Assembly (NCBI GenBank): GCA_007695055.1
Contig: REEM01000110.1
Coordinates: forward strand, 1-60,458
Direction of reading: 5' to 3'
DNA from: Spirochaetaceae bacterium
GTDB taxonomy: Bacteria; Spirochaetota; Spirochaetia; DSM-27196; SLAA01
DNA length: 60,458 nucleotides
Part shown: one piece after another, positions 28,250-39,649 of the stretch
Layout: each line of letters opens with the position of its first letter
How positions within the stretch are numbered: position 1 is the stretch's first letter
The notes under the pieces: model-generated
The model's input: only the letters and a program-made list of their open reading frames with translations
Database searches by the model: none
What the model was told of the DNA's origin: nothing
Position numbers and translations under genes: made by a program

Positions 28250-29494
28250 ATGGCTGGAAAGCTGCTCAAACGCCTTGGTATTGGATTTGCGCTGTTTGCT
28301 GTTGTGCTTGTTGTTCTTGGAACCGGGGGATACATCTACCTGCGCAACAGTGAATGGTGGGTCGCGGTCACGCTGTTTCATGACGACTACCGAGCAGAGA
28401 ACTTCCGCACAATGCATGAGCTCTTTCCATCGGCCCCGGTGCATGCCGGAAGTGATGTCTGGCACTGGTCACGTGATGAACGCCCTTTGTCAGAGCACTA
28501 CCTCTTTGAGGATGAGGAACGTTCGGTACAGGAGTTCCTGACACGAACCGAAACGACCGGGCTCCTGGTAGCTCATGACGGCACCATCCTGCATGAGTCC
28601 TACATGCAAGGCTATGATGCGTCGTCGCTCATAACGAGTTTCTCTGTGGCCAAGACCTTTGCCTCGGTACTCGTTGGGTTGGCCATAGCGGATGGCTATA
28701 TCGACTCAGTTCATGATCCAATTACAGACTATGTCCCCGAACTCCGCGGCGGCCCTTATGACGGGATATCCATACATCATATCTTGACGATGTCCTCGGG
28801 CGTGGCCTTTGACGAGAACTACGAGAGCTTCTTCTCTGACATCATGTGGCTGCCGTCTCGAGTATTCGGATTTGGCGAGCCTATTGACCAAATTCTCAAT
28901 GAGCTTGAACGAGAGCGTGAGCCGGGGATCTACAACAACTACGTGAGTAGTGACACCTTGGCGCTGAGCCTGTTGATCTCACGGGCAACAGGAAGACCGG
29001 TGACTGAGTATCTTGAGCAGCGGCTCTGGCGCCCAGCCGGGATGGAGTCCACTGCCTACTGGAACACCGACAGGCACGGCAATGCCCTTACCCACGCCTT
29101 TCTTAGTGCGCGCCTGCAGGACTTTGCACGGCTTGGTCGGCTGTACCTCAATCATGGCCGCCGAGATGGAGTCCAGGTTGTACCTGAAGATTGGGTAACA
29201 GAGTCGCTGTACCGGGACTGGGAGGCAGAGCCGCATCTTGCCCCGGGCGAGAACCCGGACTCGTTCTGGGAGTTTGGCTATGGCTACAAGTGGTGGATTC
29301 CGGAAGACCCAGAAGGTGACTTTGTGGCAATTGGTATTTGGGGGCAGTACATTTATGTACACCCGCAGTACAACATTATCATTGCCAAGACCGCAACCGA
29401 TTACTACTTCGACGACAACGACCACGAGAACATTGCCTTCTTCCGAGCAGTTGCACGCGAGATGGGGGCTGGGATTGCGGCTCAAATGGAGTGA
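28250..29494 (+). CDS. Serine hydrolase (beta-lactamase class C / NylB-like), membrane-anchored
   Basis: SFSVAK (SxxK), LTMSSG, YxS, DFARLG, GYGYKWW, GIWGQ. Confidence 0.85.
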   Translation: MAGKLLKRLGIGFALFAVVLVVLGTGGYIYLRNSEWWVAVTLFHDDYRAENFRTMHELFPSAPVHAGSDVWHWSRDERPLSEHYLFEDEERSVQEFLTRTETTGLLVAHDGTILHESYMQGYDASSLITSFSVAKTFASVLVGLAIADGYIDSVHDPITDYVPELRGGPYDGISIHHILTMSSGVAFDENYESFFSDIMWLPSRVFGFGEPIDQILNELEREREPGIYNNYVSSDTLALSLLISRATGRPVTEYLEQRLWRPAGMESTAYWNTDRHGNALTHAFLSARLQDFARLGRLYLNHGRRDGVQVVPEDWVTESLYRDWEAEPHLAPGENPDSFWEFGYGYKWWIPEDPEGDFVAIGIWGQYIYVHPQYNIIIAKTATDYYFDDNDHENIAFFRAVAREMGAGIAAQME

Positions 29495-29547
29495 CCGGAA
29501 AGCAGCACTAATGCCGATTTCGCGCTCGATCGCGTCAGATGATGTCG

Positions 29548-30714
29548 CTAGAGTGCAGTTTGTATGAGTTGTTCGTGAAGTGAGCTCCATCCAACTACGT
29601 GTGTCCCGTTGCGCTCGTACGACTCCTCGCCTGCGTACACGAGATAGGTGGTTGGATCATCGGCCTTTGCCAAAGATCGCCAGTACTCGAGACCTGTAAA
29701 CGCATCACTTCGAACGGTTTTTCCAGCCTTGATCTCGATGCCTGACTGCTTCATTCCCGATTCAAGAATTACATCAATCTCTTTTCTATGATTATCTCGC
29801 CAGAAATACAGCCCGAATTGTTCTCCTGAGTTGAAGTTGCTTTTGAGCAGCTCCGTAACTACGAAGGTCTCAAACAGTGCACCCTTTAAAAAATGATAAT
29901 CCAACTGATCCTTATCCCTGATCCCGAGCAGGCTGCATACAAGGCCGGTGTCGGTGAAGTAGACCTTGGGATTCTTTACGATCCGCTTGTTGTAGTTCTT
30001 ATGATAGGGCGGCAATCGATAAATGAGAAAGCTCGCCTCCAACACCGATATCCATTCCCGGACGGTGCCATGAACAACACCACATTGCTCGGAAATTGAG
30101 GATAGATTCAGTTCCTGTCCGGTCCGTCCCGCCAGGATACGCAGAAATGTGAGAAACCCGTCCATCTTTGTTATCTGCTTGATCTGTCGAATGTCCTTCT
30201 CAATGTAGGTTGCGATGTAGTTCTTGTAGAACGTTTCGGGCCGTATGTGCTGGTCGTAAATGCGTGGATAGCCCCCGCAGAACAGGATATCAGATAGATC
30301 AAGATTGAGGCCCCGCATTTCGTGAGCGGAGAACGGCAACAATTTGGCGATTCCAACACGTCCAGCTAAGGACTGGGTAATCTGTTCCATAAGGAGGAAG
30401 TTGTGCGATCCAGTGATGACAATTCGCCCGGGCTCGCGGAGCGTATCCACGTGAGTTTGCAAATAGGAGATGAGGTCGGGCACACGCTGAACTTCGTCAA
30501 AGATCACTCCGGATTGAAAACGGGCCAAGAAGCCCCGGGGGTCGCTCTTGGCAAACTCCCGATGATCAATGTCTTCGAGGCTTACATAGTCATACTCGGC
30601 AAAGAGCTTTCGTGCGAGCGTAGTCTTCCCCGACTGCCGTGGCCCGAGAATTGCCACGATGGGAAACTCGGTTCTTAGCGTAGCAATTTCGACCTCAATG
30701 TGCCGGTCAATCAT
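29548..30714 (-). CDS. AAA_14 + DUF4143 ATP-binding protein (COG1373)
   Basis: GPRQSGKTT, DEVQ, QSLAGR, GGYP, PKVYFTDTG, EIDVI..EIK. Confidence 0.88.
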   Translation of the reverse strand: MIDRHIEVEIATLRTEFPIVAILGPRQSGKTTLARKLFAEYDYVSLEDIDHREFAKSDPRGFLARFQSGVIFDEVQRVPDLISYLQTHVDTLREPGRIVITGSHNFLLMEQITQSLAGRVGIAKLLPFSAHEMRGLNLDLSDILFCGGYPRIYDQHIRPETFYKNYIATYIEKDIRQIKQITKMDGFLTFLRILAGRTGQELNLSSISEQCGVVHGTVREWISVLEASFLIYRLPPYHKNYNKRIVKNPKVYFTDTGLVCSLLGIRDKDQLDYHFLKGALFETFVVTELLKSNFNSGEQFGLYFWRDNHRKEIDVILESGMKQSGIEIKAGKTVRSDAFTGLEYWRSLAKADDPTTYLVYAGEESYERNGTHVVGWSSLHEQLIQTAL

Positions 30715-30819
30715 GATAACAGTATAACGCATGCGTACGAATTGTCAATTGTATTACCGAAATGTACGATCAAAGCTTGGAATTGCGGCTGAGATGGAGG
30801 CAAAATGACGCAGCCAAGG

Positions 30820-31707
30820 TCAATGGAACGTATAGGACACCTGTTCAACGTGACCCCGCCAGTATGACAGACGGCCAGCAGGGAGAATCCAGCCGACATC
30901 CCCGTGCATCGGAACAAGCATACCGTCCTGCCAGTGGTAGTTCGTGAAGCGGCCGTCCCAGGGCGTGAGCTCTGTTGAATCACCGACGCTACGGTCACGC
31001 TCCTCGGTGTAGACGCGCTCAATCAAGTTGTCCGAACCAAAGAGGAAGCGCAAAGTGACCGTTGTGTCCCCGTCTGTGAGTGTCGCGTCGGCGGAGTGCT
31101 GGTCTACGGCGCTCCAGGTGACTCCCTGTCCGGGCAGCAGTGCCGTGGGATACCACGCCGTCTCGGCGAGGTGCCGCATGAGTTCGCCCCGGGCAATTTC
31201 CGGCGTGTCGCGGATATCCACCACTGGCACAAGGCCCCATAGCGCCACGTACAGTATCCCGCGGCCGTCCACATAGGCGTCGTGAACATGAGCATTCATG
31301 CCGGGCATGACATTCACTCGGCCGTCCCAGACAAAGCTCGGACGCTGGGTGAGAACTCGCTGTGTTGAGCGAAAGGGCCGCCAATTTTCGCCGGTCGCGT
31401 CCATATTGAAGGTTCCGGAATGCTCAATTTGAACGGCCGCGACCATTCGTTGCCCGGGCGTAAGTACCGTTTCCAGATAGCTCTGAACAGGATCCGGCAA
31501 GGTGGATAGGGCCGCTGGGTCGAACGTGCCGCCTTCGGCGCGCCGGGCTCCAGCGTCCTGCTGGCAATGCAGGGCCGCCGTCTCGTTCTGCCACCTCTGG
31601 TTTCCCACTGCCATCATGATGCCGACAGCTGCAACCACAACCACAACCATCACTGTGAGTACAACTCCGGCACCAATGAAAACGGTACGAACGCCCATTG
31701 TTACCAT
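30820..31707 (-). CDS. DUF6544-like membrane-anchored protein
   Basis: N-terminal TM, LPDPVQSYL, GELMRHLAETAWYPTALLP, GMLVP. Confidence 0.7.
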   Translation of the reverse strand: MVTMGVRTVFIGAGVVLTVMVVVVVAAVGIMMAVGNQRWQNETAALHCQQDAGARRAEGGTFDPAALSTLPDPVQSYLETVLTPGQRMVAAVQIEHSGTFNMDATGENWRPFRSTQRVLTQRPSFVWDGRVNVMPGMNAHVHDAYVDGRGILYVALWGLVPVVDIRDTPEIARGELMRHLAETAWYPTALLPGQGVTWSAVDQHSADATLTDGDTTVTLRFLFGSDNLIERVYTEERDRSVGDSTELTPWDGRFTNYHWQDGMLVPMHGDVGWILPAGRLSYWRGHVEQVSYTFH

Positions 31708-31716
31708 CTTCGAAGA

Positions 31717-32595
31717 TTAGCGCCGCGGAGAACGTTGTTCAAAATCCTTGGCGACATCCTCAAAGGTAGTCCACTCAGCGCCGGGGTGGCTGTTGATGTA
31801 CTGAATGAGGCGCTCAAGCATGAGCAAGTTCTGCGGGCGTCCCGATACATCCGGGTGAATGGTGAGCAGGTACACGCCGTAGTCCATTTCGCGGTAGACC
31901 CAGTCAAACTGGTCGCGCCACAGTGACTCAATGTCGCGTGGGTTCACGAATCCGTGGCTGTTGGCATTTGCCTTGATGAACAGCATTGGCGGCAGGTCGT
32001 CAAGATACCAGCTGGCGGGAAGCTCTATGAGGTCGGTAACGTTGTCACCGCGCACAAAGGGCTTCATCCAGGTCTCTGCGGGCTTGCTGTAGTCGATCTT
32101 GGTGTAGCGGTCACCAACACGTACGTAGTAGGGCGTGTGGTCATCATGCATTAAACTGTTGTCGTACTTAATACCCGCTTCTAGGAGCAGCTCTACCGAG
32201 GTCTCGGAAACCTCCCACCACGGGGCAACATACCCTACCGGGCGGCGACCCCAATACTTCTCAATGAGACCAATACACTTGTGCAGGATTGCGTGTTCTT
32301 GCTCGCGTGACAGTTGCAGGGGGTTTTCATGGGTATACCCGTGTAGGCCAATCTCGTGGCCAGCCGCCGCTACGGCTTCCACCTCTTTTGGAAAAGTCTC
32401 AATTGTATGGCCGGGAATGAACCAGGTGGACTTCATGTCAAAGCGGCGGAAGAGCTCCAACAGCCGCGGCATTCCAACCTCGCCTCCAAACACACCGCGC
32501 GAGATGTCCATTGGCGAGTCTTCTCCGCCGTAGGAACCAAGCCAGCCTGCTACCGCGTCACAGTGTACTCCAACTGCACACATGATTTTCTTCAT
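31717..32595 (-). CDS. Cytoplasmic polysaccharide deacetylase (CE4, H. pylori PgdA/PuuE-like)
   Basis: [44 protein letters not shown]. Confidence 0.88.
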   Translation of the reverse strand: MKKIMCAVGVHCDAVAGWLGSYGGEDSPMDISRGVFGGEVGMPRLLELFRRFDMKSTWFIPGHTIETFPKEVEAVAAAGHEIGLHGYTHENPLQLSREQEHAILHKCIGLIEKYWGRRPVGYVAPWWEVSETSVELLLEAGIKYDNSLMHDDHTPYYVRVGDRYTKIDYSKPAETWMKPFVRGDNVTDLIELPASWYLDDLPPMLFIKANANSHGFVNPRDIESLWRDQFDWVYREMDYGVYLLTIHPDVSGRPQNLLMLERLIQYINSHPGAEWTTFEDVAKDFEQRSPRR

Positions 32596-32689
32596 ACTCA
32601 AACCTCCTCCAATTCAACGTCGTTTATACCTGCGTTCTGCTCCTGCAGCCTACTGCAGAGCACCTCATAGTGCATTGTAACATGCTGAT

Positions 32690-33400
32690 TTACATCCCAA
32701 GGTACGCTTTGCGCACCTCGTCGGAAGCTCCCAACTCCGCGGCCGAACCCGATAGGGCAACCCAGCCGTTCTCCAGCACGTACCCTCGGTCCGCAAACTT
32801 CAGGGTCTGGTTCACGTTCTGTTCAACAATGAGAACCGTTACACCTTCGGCCCTGATCCTGGCCACGCGATCCATAACCTCCTGAACGAGCAACGGTGCA
32901 AGGCCAAGCGAGGGTTCGTCGAGCATGAGTAGCCGCGGCAGTGCCATGAGGCCCCGCCCGAGTGCCAACATCTGCTGTTCGCCGCCGGAAAGAGACCCGG
33001 CAAGCTGCGCCTTGCGCTCCGGTAAACGGGGAAATAAGTCATACACGCGCTCGAGTGAAGACTTGAGGTGCACTCGAGCACGAGGGGTAAAGGCGCCGAG
33101 CCGCAGATTGTCTTCCACGCTCATGAAAGGAAACACAAGCCTGCCCTCGGGAACCTGGATGAGCCCACGTGCTACACGCTCGTGGGCAGGAAGGTTTTCA
33201 ATTGACTCACCATTAAAGAGAATTGTCCCATGCCGAAGCGGCACCAAACCCGAGATTCCGTTGAGAAGCGTAGTCTTGCCTGCTGCGTTAGCGCCAAGAA
33301 CGGTGACCGTCTCACCTTCTTCTACGGTGATGGAGGCTTCGTGCAGTGCGATCATGTCTCCGTACGAGACTCCGACAGTGTTGACTTCAAGTAGACTCAA
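32690..33400 (-). CDS. livF: LIV-type ABC ATPase
   Basis: GANAAGKT, VPEGR, LSGGEQQM, DEPSLGLAP, VEQN; TTG start inferred. Confidence 0.88.
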   Translation of the reverse strand: MSLLEVNTVGVSYGDMIALHEASITVEEGETVTVLGANAAGKTTLLNGISGLVPLRHGTILFNGESIENLPAHERVARGLIQVPEGRLVFPFMSVEDNLRLGAFTPRARVHLKSSLERVYDLFPRLPERKAQLAGSLSGGEQQMLALGRGLMALPRLLMLDEPSLGLAPLLVQEVMDRVARIRAEGVTVLIVEQNVNQTLKFADRGYVLENGWVALSGSAAELGASDEVRKAYLGM

Positions 33401-34106
33401 TGGGTTCCCCCAAATAAACCGAGATAACCTGCGGGTCTCGTGTAATGACAGCCGGGGGGCCTTCGGTAAGCAACGCCCCCTGATTAAGTACAAGTACCTT
33501 CTCCGCAATTCGCATGATTGCGCTCATGTTGTGCTCAATGACTAGGAAGGTGAGCCCTTCCGAGTTCAGTTCCTGAATAAGGGCGAGCGTCTCATTCACC
33601 TCGGTAGGATTAAGACCGCCCATGATCTCATCTAACAGCAAGAGCTTGGGCCCGGTTGCCAACGCACGCGCAACTTCCAGGCGTTTGCGAAGGGCAAGTG
33701 GAAGGCTGCGCGCAACGGTATTCTCAAAGCGGCCGAGCCGCAGCCGATCTAGGGTGGCGCGTGCGGTCTCGCGCGCATCCGAACGACTCTGCCCACGGGT
33801 CAGCGCACCCACCACTACGTTGTCCAGCACCGTCATGCCGCCGAAGGGCTTCACAACCTGAAATGTACGTCCTATTCCTAAGCGGTTCCGATCAGCCGGG
33901 CCAAGGCGGGACAGATCTTTACCCTCAAACAGTACCGACCCGGATGTGGGCCGAATCATTCCGGACACCACGTTGAACAACGTGGTCTTTCCGGCGCCGT
34001 TAGGCCCAATGAGCCCCACAATTTGTCCTTGTTCCACCGTGAAGGACGCATGGTCGACCGCGCGAAGGCCGACGAAGTCCACGGTTACGTTTTGAACATC
34101 AAGCAT
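33387..34106 (-). CDS. livG: LIV-type ABC ATPase
   Basis: GPNGAGKTT, GRTFQ, LEVARALA, IEHNM, VYLG. Confidence 0.88.
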   Translation of the reverse strand: MLDVQNVTVDFVGLRAVDHASFTVEQGQIVGLIGPNGAGKTTLFNVVSGMIRPTSGSVLFEGKDLSRLGPADRNRLGIGRTFQVVKPFGGMTVLDNVVVGALTRGQSRSDARETARATLDRLRLGRFENTVARSLPLALRKRLEVARALATGPKLLLLDEIMGGLNPTEVNETLALIQELNSEGLTFLVIEHNMSAIMRIAEKVLVLNQGALLTEGPPAVITRDPQVISVYLGEPIEST

Positions 34107-35103
34107 CTGTGGCCCCCCGCGACTGGATGAGACGGCGAAACCGGAGCACAAGTAGCCGGACTCCGGCTATTGCCCCATTTGGAGCTGCGAGCACGATGAC
34201 CATGAGCAGTAAGCCGTAGACCACCAATGCAGCACCACCGCCAACCCTTGCTCTGAGAATCTCTCCTAAGGGGATGACAATTGCGGCCCCGAGTACCGGG
34301 CCAAAGGTGGTGCCCATTCCCCCCACAATGGCAACCAGCGCAATCTGAACCGAGAGCTCAAACTGCGTGGTGCTGTCTGGGTCAATGTACTGGATGAACG
34401 CGGCGTACACCGATCCGACACAGGCGGCCAGCGCTGCCGATGTCGCGGCTGCCACGACCTTTGAGCGAACCACTCGCACGCCAAGTGAGCGGGCCGCATC
34501 TTCATCTTCGCGCAGCGCGACAAGGTAGTAACCTAAGCGGGAGCGCTCAATTGCCGCCGAAATCCCTACCGTAAGCACAAGGAGACCCAGCGCGAGGTAC
34601 CAGTAGGCCCAGAGGTTGAGGAACAGCATGTTCTGCGGCCCTCCGCGAAAGGGCAGGAGCAGCCCGGCAGCGCCACGCGTCAGCCCGCGCCAGTTTACGT
34701 TGATAATGTGGATCACAATGCCAAACGCAAGCGTTGCCAGCACGAAGAACGGACCCTTCAAACGAAAGGTGATAACTCCGAGCAGAGCGCCAAGCAGTCC
34801 CGCCAGCACAGCTCCCACAAAGATGCCTATCCAGGGAGTGATACCAAGACGCAGGAACAGCAGTGTCGAGGTGTAGGCCCCCACGCCGAAGAAGGCGGCG
34901 TGACCGAGTGAGAGCCCACCGGCAAAGCCCCCTGAGATGTTCCACGCGGTCGCCAGCGATGCCCAGATCAGGACGGTGACTCCAAGGTCGATCCAGTAGA
35001 TGTTGCGAATAAACAGCGGCAACAAGAGCAAGAGAACCAGTACCGCTGCTGCAGTTATCCGAGCAGCGGCGGGCGAAATTGGGGTCGAGTCAACGATTTT
35101 CAC
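34099..35103 (-). CDS. livM: LIV-type permease
   Basis: SLGHAAFFGVGAY, ALREDEDAARSLG, GGMGT. Confidence 0.88.
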   Translation of the reverse strand: MKIVDSTPISPAAARITAAAVLVLLLLLPLFIRNIYWIDLGVTVLIWASLATAWNISGGFAGGLSLGHAAFFGVGAYTSTLLFLRLGITPWIGIFVGAVLAGLLGALLGVITFRLKGPFFVLATLAFGIVIHIINVNWRGLTRGAAGLLLPFRGGPQNMLFLNLWAYWYLALGLLVLTVGISAAIERSRLGYYLVALREDEDAARSLGVRVVRSKVVAAATSAALAACVGSVYAAFIQYIDPDSTTQFELSVQIALVAIVGGMGTTFGPVLGAAIVIPLGEILRARVGGGAALVVYGLLLMVIVLAAPNGAIAGVRLLVLRFRRLIQSRGATDA

Positions 35104-35106
35104 GGC

Positions 35107-35988
35107 TCAACCTCCGTAGACTTCGGCGCCACGGCGCCCAAAGAGGCCTTGCGGACGCACAATGAGAACCAGCAGGAAGACAGCAAAGTAGGCAAGCTCG
35201 CCCCAGGCTGTTCCAAACAGAAACCCCGCTCCTGAACGAATGATACCAACCAGCAGTGCCGCAATTACCGCACCCGGCACCGACCCAAGGCCGCCGAGCA
35301 CAACAATGACGAATATCGTTACGATCTGAGTCTGGCCGACGCGAGGAAAGATGGTGAAGATCGGCGCTACCAGTACACCCATTGCACCGGCAGCGGCAAC
35401 CGCCACCGAGTAGGTGATCATGTAGGCGCGCTTGACGTCGATACCCATCAGCGCCGCTGCACGACGATTCTGGGCAACCGCCTGTATTCCTTTACCGTAC
35501 ATGGTGCGCGTGAGGAAGATCCAGAGTGCGAGCGCAAAGAGAAGGGCAACCGCGAAAGAAACAGTCATTGCTACGCTCAGCCTTACTCCGCCAACCACAA
35601 AAACCGAGCCGGTGGCAAAGGTGCTGACCGACCGGATATCCGCGCGCCACAGGGTAAGCGCCGCATTCTGCAGGAAGATTGAGAGCCCAAGCGTTGCAAA
35701 GACTACGGTTACGTCGGGTTTTCCAATTGATCGCCGAACAATCAGTCGATCTACTGCAACACCCAACAAGAAAATGACCGGGGTAACCAGGAATACCGAC
35801 AGATAGGGATCAAGACCGTAGAGGGCCCAGAGCCAGTATGCACCGTACATTCCAAGCATCATGAACTCAGCATGCGCAAAGTTCACCACCCGAAGCACTC
35901 CAAAAATTAAGGTCAGACCCACTGCCAGGAGTGCGTATAGTCCTCCAATTAAGAGTCCGTTAGCTATGATTTGCAGAACTAACTGCAT
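35107..35988 (-). CDS. livH: LIV-type permease
   Basis: GLTLIFGVLRVVNFAH, AALMGID, LGGLGS, RPQGLFG. Confidence 0.88.
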   Translation of the reverse strand: MQLVLQIIANGLLIGGLYALLAVGLTLIFGVLRVVNFAHAEFMMLGMYGAYWLWALYGLDPYLSVFLVTPVIFLLGVAVDRLIVRRSIGKPDVTVVFATLGLSIFLQNAALTLWRADIRSVSTFATGSVFVVGGVRLSVAMTVSFAVALLFALALWIFLTRTMYGKGIQAVAQNRRAAALMGIDVKRAYMITYSVAVAAAGAMGVLVAPIFTIFPRVGQTQIVTIFVIVVLGGLGSVPGAVIAALLVGIIRSGAGFLFGTAWGELAYFAVFLLVLIVRPQGLFGRRGAEVYGG

Positions 35989-36013
35989 GCCACCCCCTCA
36001 CCAGAACAAAGTC

Positions 36014-36080
36014 GGGGTCGCCCGTGTGGCGACCCCACCAGAAAAGCATAGCACCCGGACGCCCTCAGGCGTACCGGGTG
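36014..36080 (-). terminator. Two GC-rich stem-loops between the SBP and permease genes (attenuation/mRNA stabilisation)
   Basis: GGGGTCGCC-cgtgt-GGCGACCCC and CACCCGGACGCC-ctca-GGCGTACCGGGTG. Confidence 0.55.
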
Positions 36081-36109
36081 TGGGAATTAATTCAGCATCC
36101 CGGGTTGAA

Positions 36110-37429
36110 CTACTGTCGGATTGGCTGGGTGCGCTCCTCCCACGGCGGGAGCGGCACGTTTATGAAATCTGCAACCGCGAGGTCTCGCGGGTAGGTGACG
36201 CGCAGCCGCTGATCCTGCCACTGCTGCACAACCGGAATGGCTCGCAGATTCTGGCCGGAATTCTCGTGATCCACTCCAGCAAACTCAAATCCAAACCCGG
36301 TGATAGAGTCGAGAGCGTCTACATTGACGTTGGCCGCCGCTGCCATCATGTCCTCTATCGAGGTAGATGCGGCGTTAGGAACGATCTCGTTCAGAAAGAC
36401 CCAGGTACCCATGAAACCCCAGTCGGTGTACGGACCTTGGGTCCAACCGCGGGCTTCAACACGAGACTGCAGCTCACTTAGCAGGTTCTGAGCTTCTGGT
36501 GTAAGAGACTCAACATTGATTGATCCGGAAGTAGGTGGAACCACGTTGAAGATGCCGTCCGAGTTGGTACCGAGCGGTCGTGCAAAATCTTCCTGTCCGT
36601 ATCCACCGCCGACACCAACAACTGCGGGCATATCAACTCCGAGTTGCTGTGCCTGGCGCCAGAACAGTACCCCATCGGGAACCTGGGCAATGTGGATGAC
36701 CGCGTGTGGTCGCTCCTGCTGTATTCGTAGCAGTACTGAGGAGAGATCGCTGGTGGTTGCCGCTGGGTAGCTCTCGCGCACAACAAGTCTGGCGGGGGAG
36801 TCATCTATGCGACCCACTGCTGCGTCCGCTATTGAGGTACCGAACTCATCATCGGTGAAGACAAGCGCAACGCGCATATCTGCCTCGGCCACTCCAAGTT
36901 CCTCGGCAAGGCCGGTCAAGATGAAGTCGGCAGCAGCCGCTCCGAGCGAACCCGAGGAAATAGTGGTGCGCAGCACGTTTGAGGTGTTGCGGGTGATCCC
37001 TTCCGCCCAGGCGGTGGTCTCTACGTACAGCACATTGAGTCGTTCCGCTGCGGGCGCAGTTGCCGAAGCAACGGCCGAAGAGAAAGTACCCATGACCACG
37101 TCAACGTTTTGCTGGGTAATGAGCTGACGTACACCGGTGGTTCCGGTTGCGGGATCGGGAGCGTCGGCGTCAAACAGTTCAACGGTGATGCCGTGCGGGT
37201 TGGTCTCGTTAAACAGGTCAACGGCTATCTGCGTTCCCTGTAGCGCGTTAGAGCCGCCAAAAGCCATACCGCCCGTCTGTGGGAAGAGCGCCCCGACGCG
37301 TAGCGTCGTAATTCCGACCTCTTCTGCGGGAGCTGGCTCGGCCGCTCCTCCGGCAAACAGGTGCCCTCCGGTAATGACAAACGCCACTATCAGAGCGAAA
37401 AACATTACTCTGCGAATTCCTACTTTCAT
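36110..37429 (-). CDS. livK: LIV-type substrate-binding protein
   Basis: Signal peptide FAGGAAE, VGALFPQTG, GTFSSAV, DDEFG; GGAGG RBS. Confidence 0.82.
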   Translation of the reverse strand: MKVGIRRVMFFALIVAFVITGGHLFAGGAAEPAPAEEVGITTLRVGALFPQTGGMAFGGSNALQGTQIAVDLFNETNPHGITVELFDADAPDPATGTTGVRQLITQQNVDVVMGTFSSAVASATAPAAERLNVLYVETTAWAEGITRNTSNVLRTTISSGSLGAAAADFILTGLAEELGVAEADMRVALVFTDDEFGTSIADAAVGRIDDSPARLVVRESYPAATTSDLSSVLLRIQQERPHAVIHIAQVPDGVLFWRQAQQLGVDMPAVVGVGGGYGQEDFARPLGTNSDGIFNVVPPTSGSINVESLTPEAQNLLSELQSRVEARGWTQGPYTDWGFMGTWVFLNEIVPNAASTSIEDMMAAAANVNVDALDSITGFGFEFAGVDHENSGQNLRAIPVVQQWQDQRLRVTYPRDLAVADFINVPLPPWEERTQPIRQ

Positions 37430-37653
37430 ACAAACCTCCTTACGGTTCGTGCATCTTCACCGTGTCGACCTTCGGCACGGCATCGTGCTCCGGAAATTTA
37501 TGACAAGGCGATATACGTGTCAAGAACAAAGATACCTATGTGGGAGGTACTCACATGAATCCTACAAAAATGACAGAAACGACATCGGAAAACATGGGGG
37601 CATTCGCCACATATAAAGTTGACGAATGCGGTCAGCAATATCATACTACCAGC

Positions 37654-39627
37654 ATGGCAAACGAATACACCCCGGATTTTGAATGGACAAAGGGCTCTCT
37701 GGTTGGATCAATGGCTGCGTATCAGCAGATGTATGACCGAAGCATTGCGGATCCGTCCGCCTTCTGGGAGGAACAGGCTCGTGAGCGGCTAAGCTGGGAG
37801 CAGGACTTCCACACCGTCTCCGATATCGACATGGAGACCGGCTCCTTTGCGTGGTTTCTTGGCGGGCGTCTGAACGCCGCCTACAACTGTGTTGACCGCC
37901 ACGTGGCAACCCGGGGTGACCAGGTTGCAATACTCTGGGAGGGAGACAAGCCAGAGGAGGTGCGCCGTATTACCTACCGGGAGCTCCAGCGGGAGGTGTC
38001 GCGCCTTGCCAACGTGCTTGCGCGCTATGGCGTGCGGAAGGGTGACCGGGTAGCCATTTACCTGCCCATGATACCGGAGGCCGCCTTTGCCATGCTGGCC
38101 TGTGCCCGGCTCGGTGTCGTTCACACCGTGGTGTTTGCCGGGTTCAGCGCAGAGGCGCTACGCGACCGCATCCTGGACTCCAATGCGGTGGCCGTGATTA
38201 CCGCTGACGAGGGGCTGCGCGGCGGCAAGCTTATTCCCCTTAAGCGCACCGTAGATGAAGCGGTCATGGCGACTCCCAGCGTCCGCAACGTATTTATCAC
38301 CAAGCGCACCGGAACAAAGGTGCCGTTCTTTGCACCTCGGGATGTAGACCTTGACGAGGCCATGATAGCCCAGCGACCCTACTGCCCGGTTGAGCCCATG
38401 GACGCCGAGGACATTCTCTTTCTGCTCTACACCTCGGGAAGCACCGGCCGCCCCAAGGGCATTGCCCACACCACCGCTGGCTACCTGCTCTATACGGCTC
38501 TGACTCACCGTTACGTTTTTGACTATCGCGATGGCGACGTGTTTGCCTGCGTCGCGGATGTCGGGTGGATTACCGGTCACAGCTATGTCGTGTACGGGCC
38601 ACTCCTCAACGGCGCTACCACCTTCATGTTTGAGTCCACCCCGGTCTATCCGGATCCAGGTCGATACTGGGACATGGTGCAGCGGCACCAGATTACACAG
38701 TTCTACACCGCGCCGACCGCCTTGCGCGCGGTGGCTCGGGAGGGTGACGACTGGGTAAAGAAGTACGACCGCTCCAGCCTCCGAATTCTTGGAACTGTAG
38801 GGGAGCCAATAAACCCCAACACCTGGGAGTGGTACTACAACGTTGTTGGCCAGAAGCGCTGTGCAATTGTAGACACCTGGTGGCAGACCGAGACGGGCGG
38901 CATCATGATTACCCCGCTGCCGGGCGCAACACCCACCAAGCCGGGCTCGGCAACCTTTCCGTTCTTTGGCATTGTACCGGTACTGCTTGACGAACAAGGT
39001 GCGGAGATTGAGGGGAACGATGTCTCCGGTCTGCTGGCAATTAAGGATCCCTGGCCGAGCATGGTTAGAACCATACAGGACGACCACCCGCGGTTTCTCC
39101 AAACCTATCTCAGCCCCTACAAGGGCTACTACTTCACCGGTGACGGTTGCCGCCGGGACGAGGACGGCTATTACTGGATTACCGGTCGCGTGGACGACGT
39201 TATTAACGTGAGCGGTCACCGCATGGGCACCGCCGAGGTCGAGTCGGCGCTGGTCAACCACCCGGCCTGCGCCGAGGCGGCAGTGGTTGGGTTCCCGCAT
39301 GAGATTAAGGGACAGGGGATCTTTGCGTACGTAGTGATCACTGAGGGCTGGGAGCATAGCGCCGAACTCGTTGGCGAACTCCGTGGCGAGGTGCGCCGCC
39401 GCATTGGCCCCATTGCAGCACCGGACCACATTCTTATTGCAGACGGCCTACCCAAGACGCGCTCTGGAAAGATCATGCGCCGCATTCTCCGCAAGATTGC
39501 AGAGCGTCAACCCGAGGCGGTGGGAGATGTCTCAACGCTGGCAGACCCAAGTGTGGTAGATGCTCTTGTCAAAGCGCGCATGGCGCTCCCTGACGACTGC
39601 CTCACCCTTGCTGGTTGTTTTGACTGA
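37654..39627 (+). CDS. acs: Acetyl-CoA synthetase (start uncertain, 37540-37654)
   Basis: [53 protein letters not shown]. Confidence 0.93.
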   Translation: MANEYTPDFEWTKGSLVGSMAAYQQMYDRSIADPSAFWEEQARERLSWEQDFHTVSDIDMETGSFAWFLGGRLNAAYNCVDRHVATRGDQVAILWEGDKPEEVRRITYRELQREVSRLANVLARYGVRKGDRVAIYLPMIPEAAFAMLACARLGVVHTVVFAGFSAEALRDRILDSNAVAVITADEGLRGGKLIPLKRTVDEAVMATPSVRNVFITKRTGTKVPFFAPRDVDLDEAMIAQRPYCPVEPMDAEDILFLLYTSGSTGRPKGIAHTTAGYLLYTALTHRYVFDYRDGDVFACVADVGWITGHSYVVYGPLLNGATTFMFESTPVYPDPGRYWDMVQRHQITQFYTAPTALRAVAREGDDWVKKYDRSSLRILGTVGEPINPNTWEWYYNVVGQKRCAIVDTWWQTETGGIMITPLPGATPTKPGSATFPFFGIVPVLLDEQGAEIEGNDVSGLLAIKDPWPSMVRTIQDDHPRFLQTYLSPYKGYYFTGDGCRRDEDGYYWITGRVDDVINVSGHRMGTAEVESALVNHPACAEAAVVGFPHEIKGQGIFAYVVITEGWEHSAELVGELRGEVRRRIGPIAAPDHILIADGLPKTRSGKIMRRILRKIAERQPEAVGDVSTLADPSVVDALVKARMALPDDCLTLAGCFD

Positions 39628-39649
39628 GAAGCTTCGTTCGGGAGCATCC

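Noticed and set aside
29548-30714. AAA+DUF4143 gene as a novel defence system
   Set aside because: Common solitary family, no partner genes here
38158-39429. 423-aa minus-strand ORF (likewise 4125-4943, 10945-11589, 13291-14082, 20076-20843)
   Set aside because: Antisense shadows of well-supported GC-rich genes; no motifs
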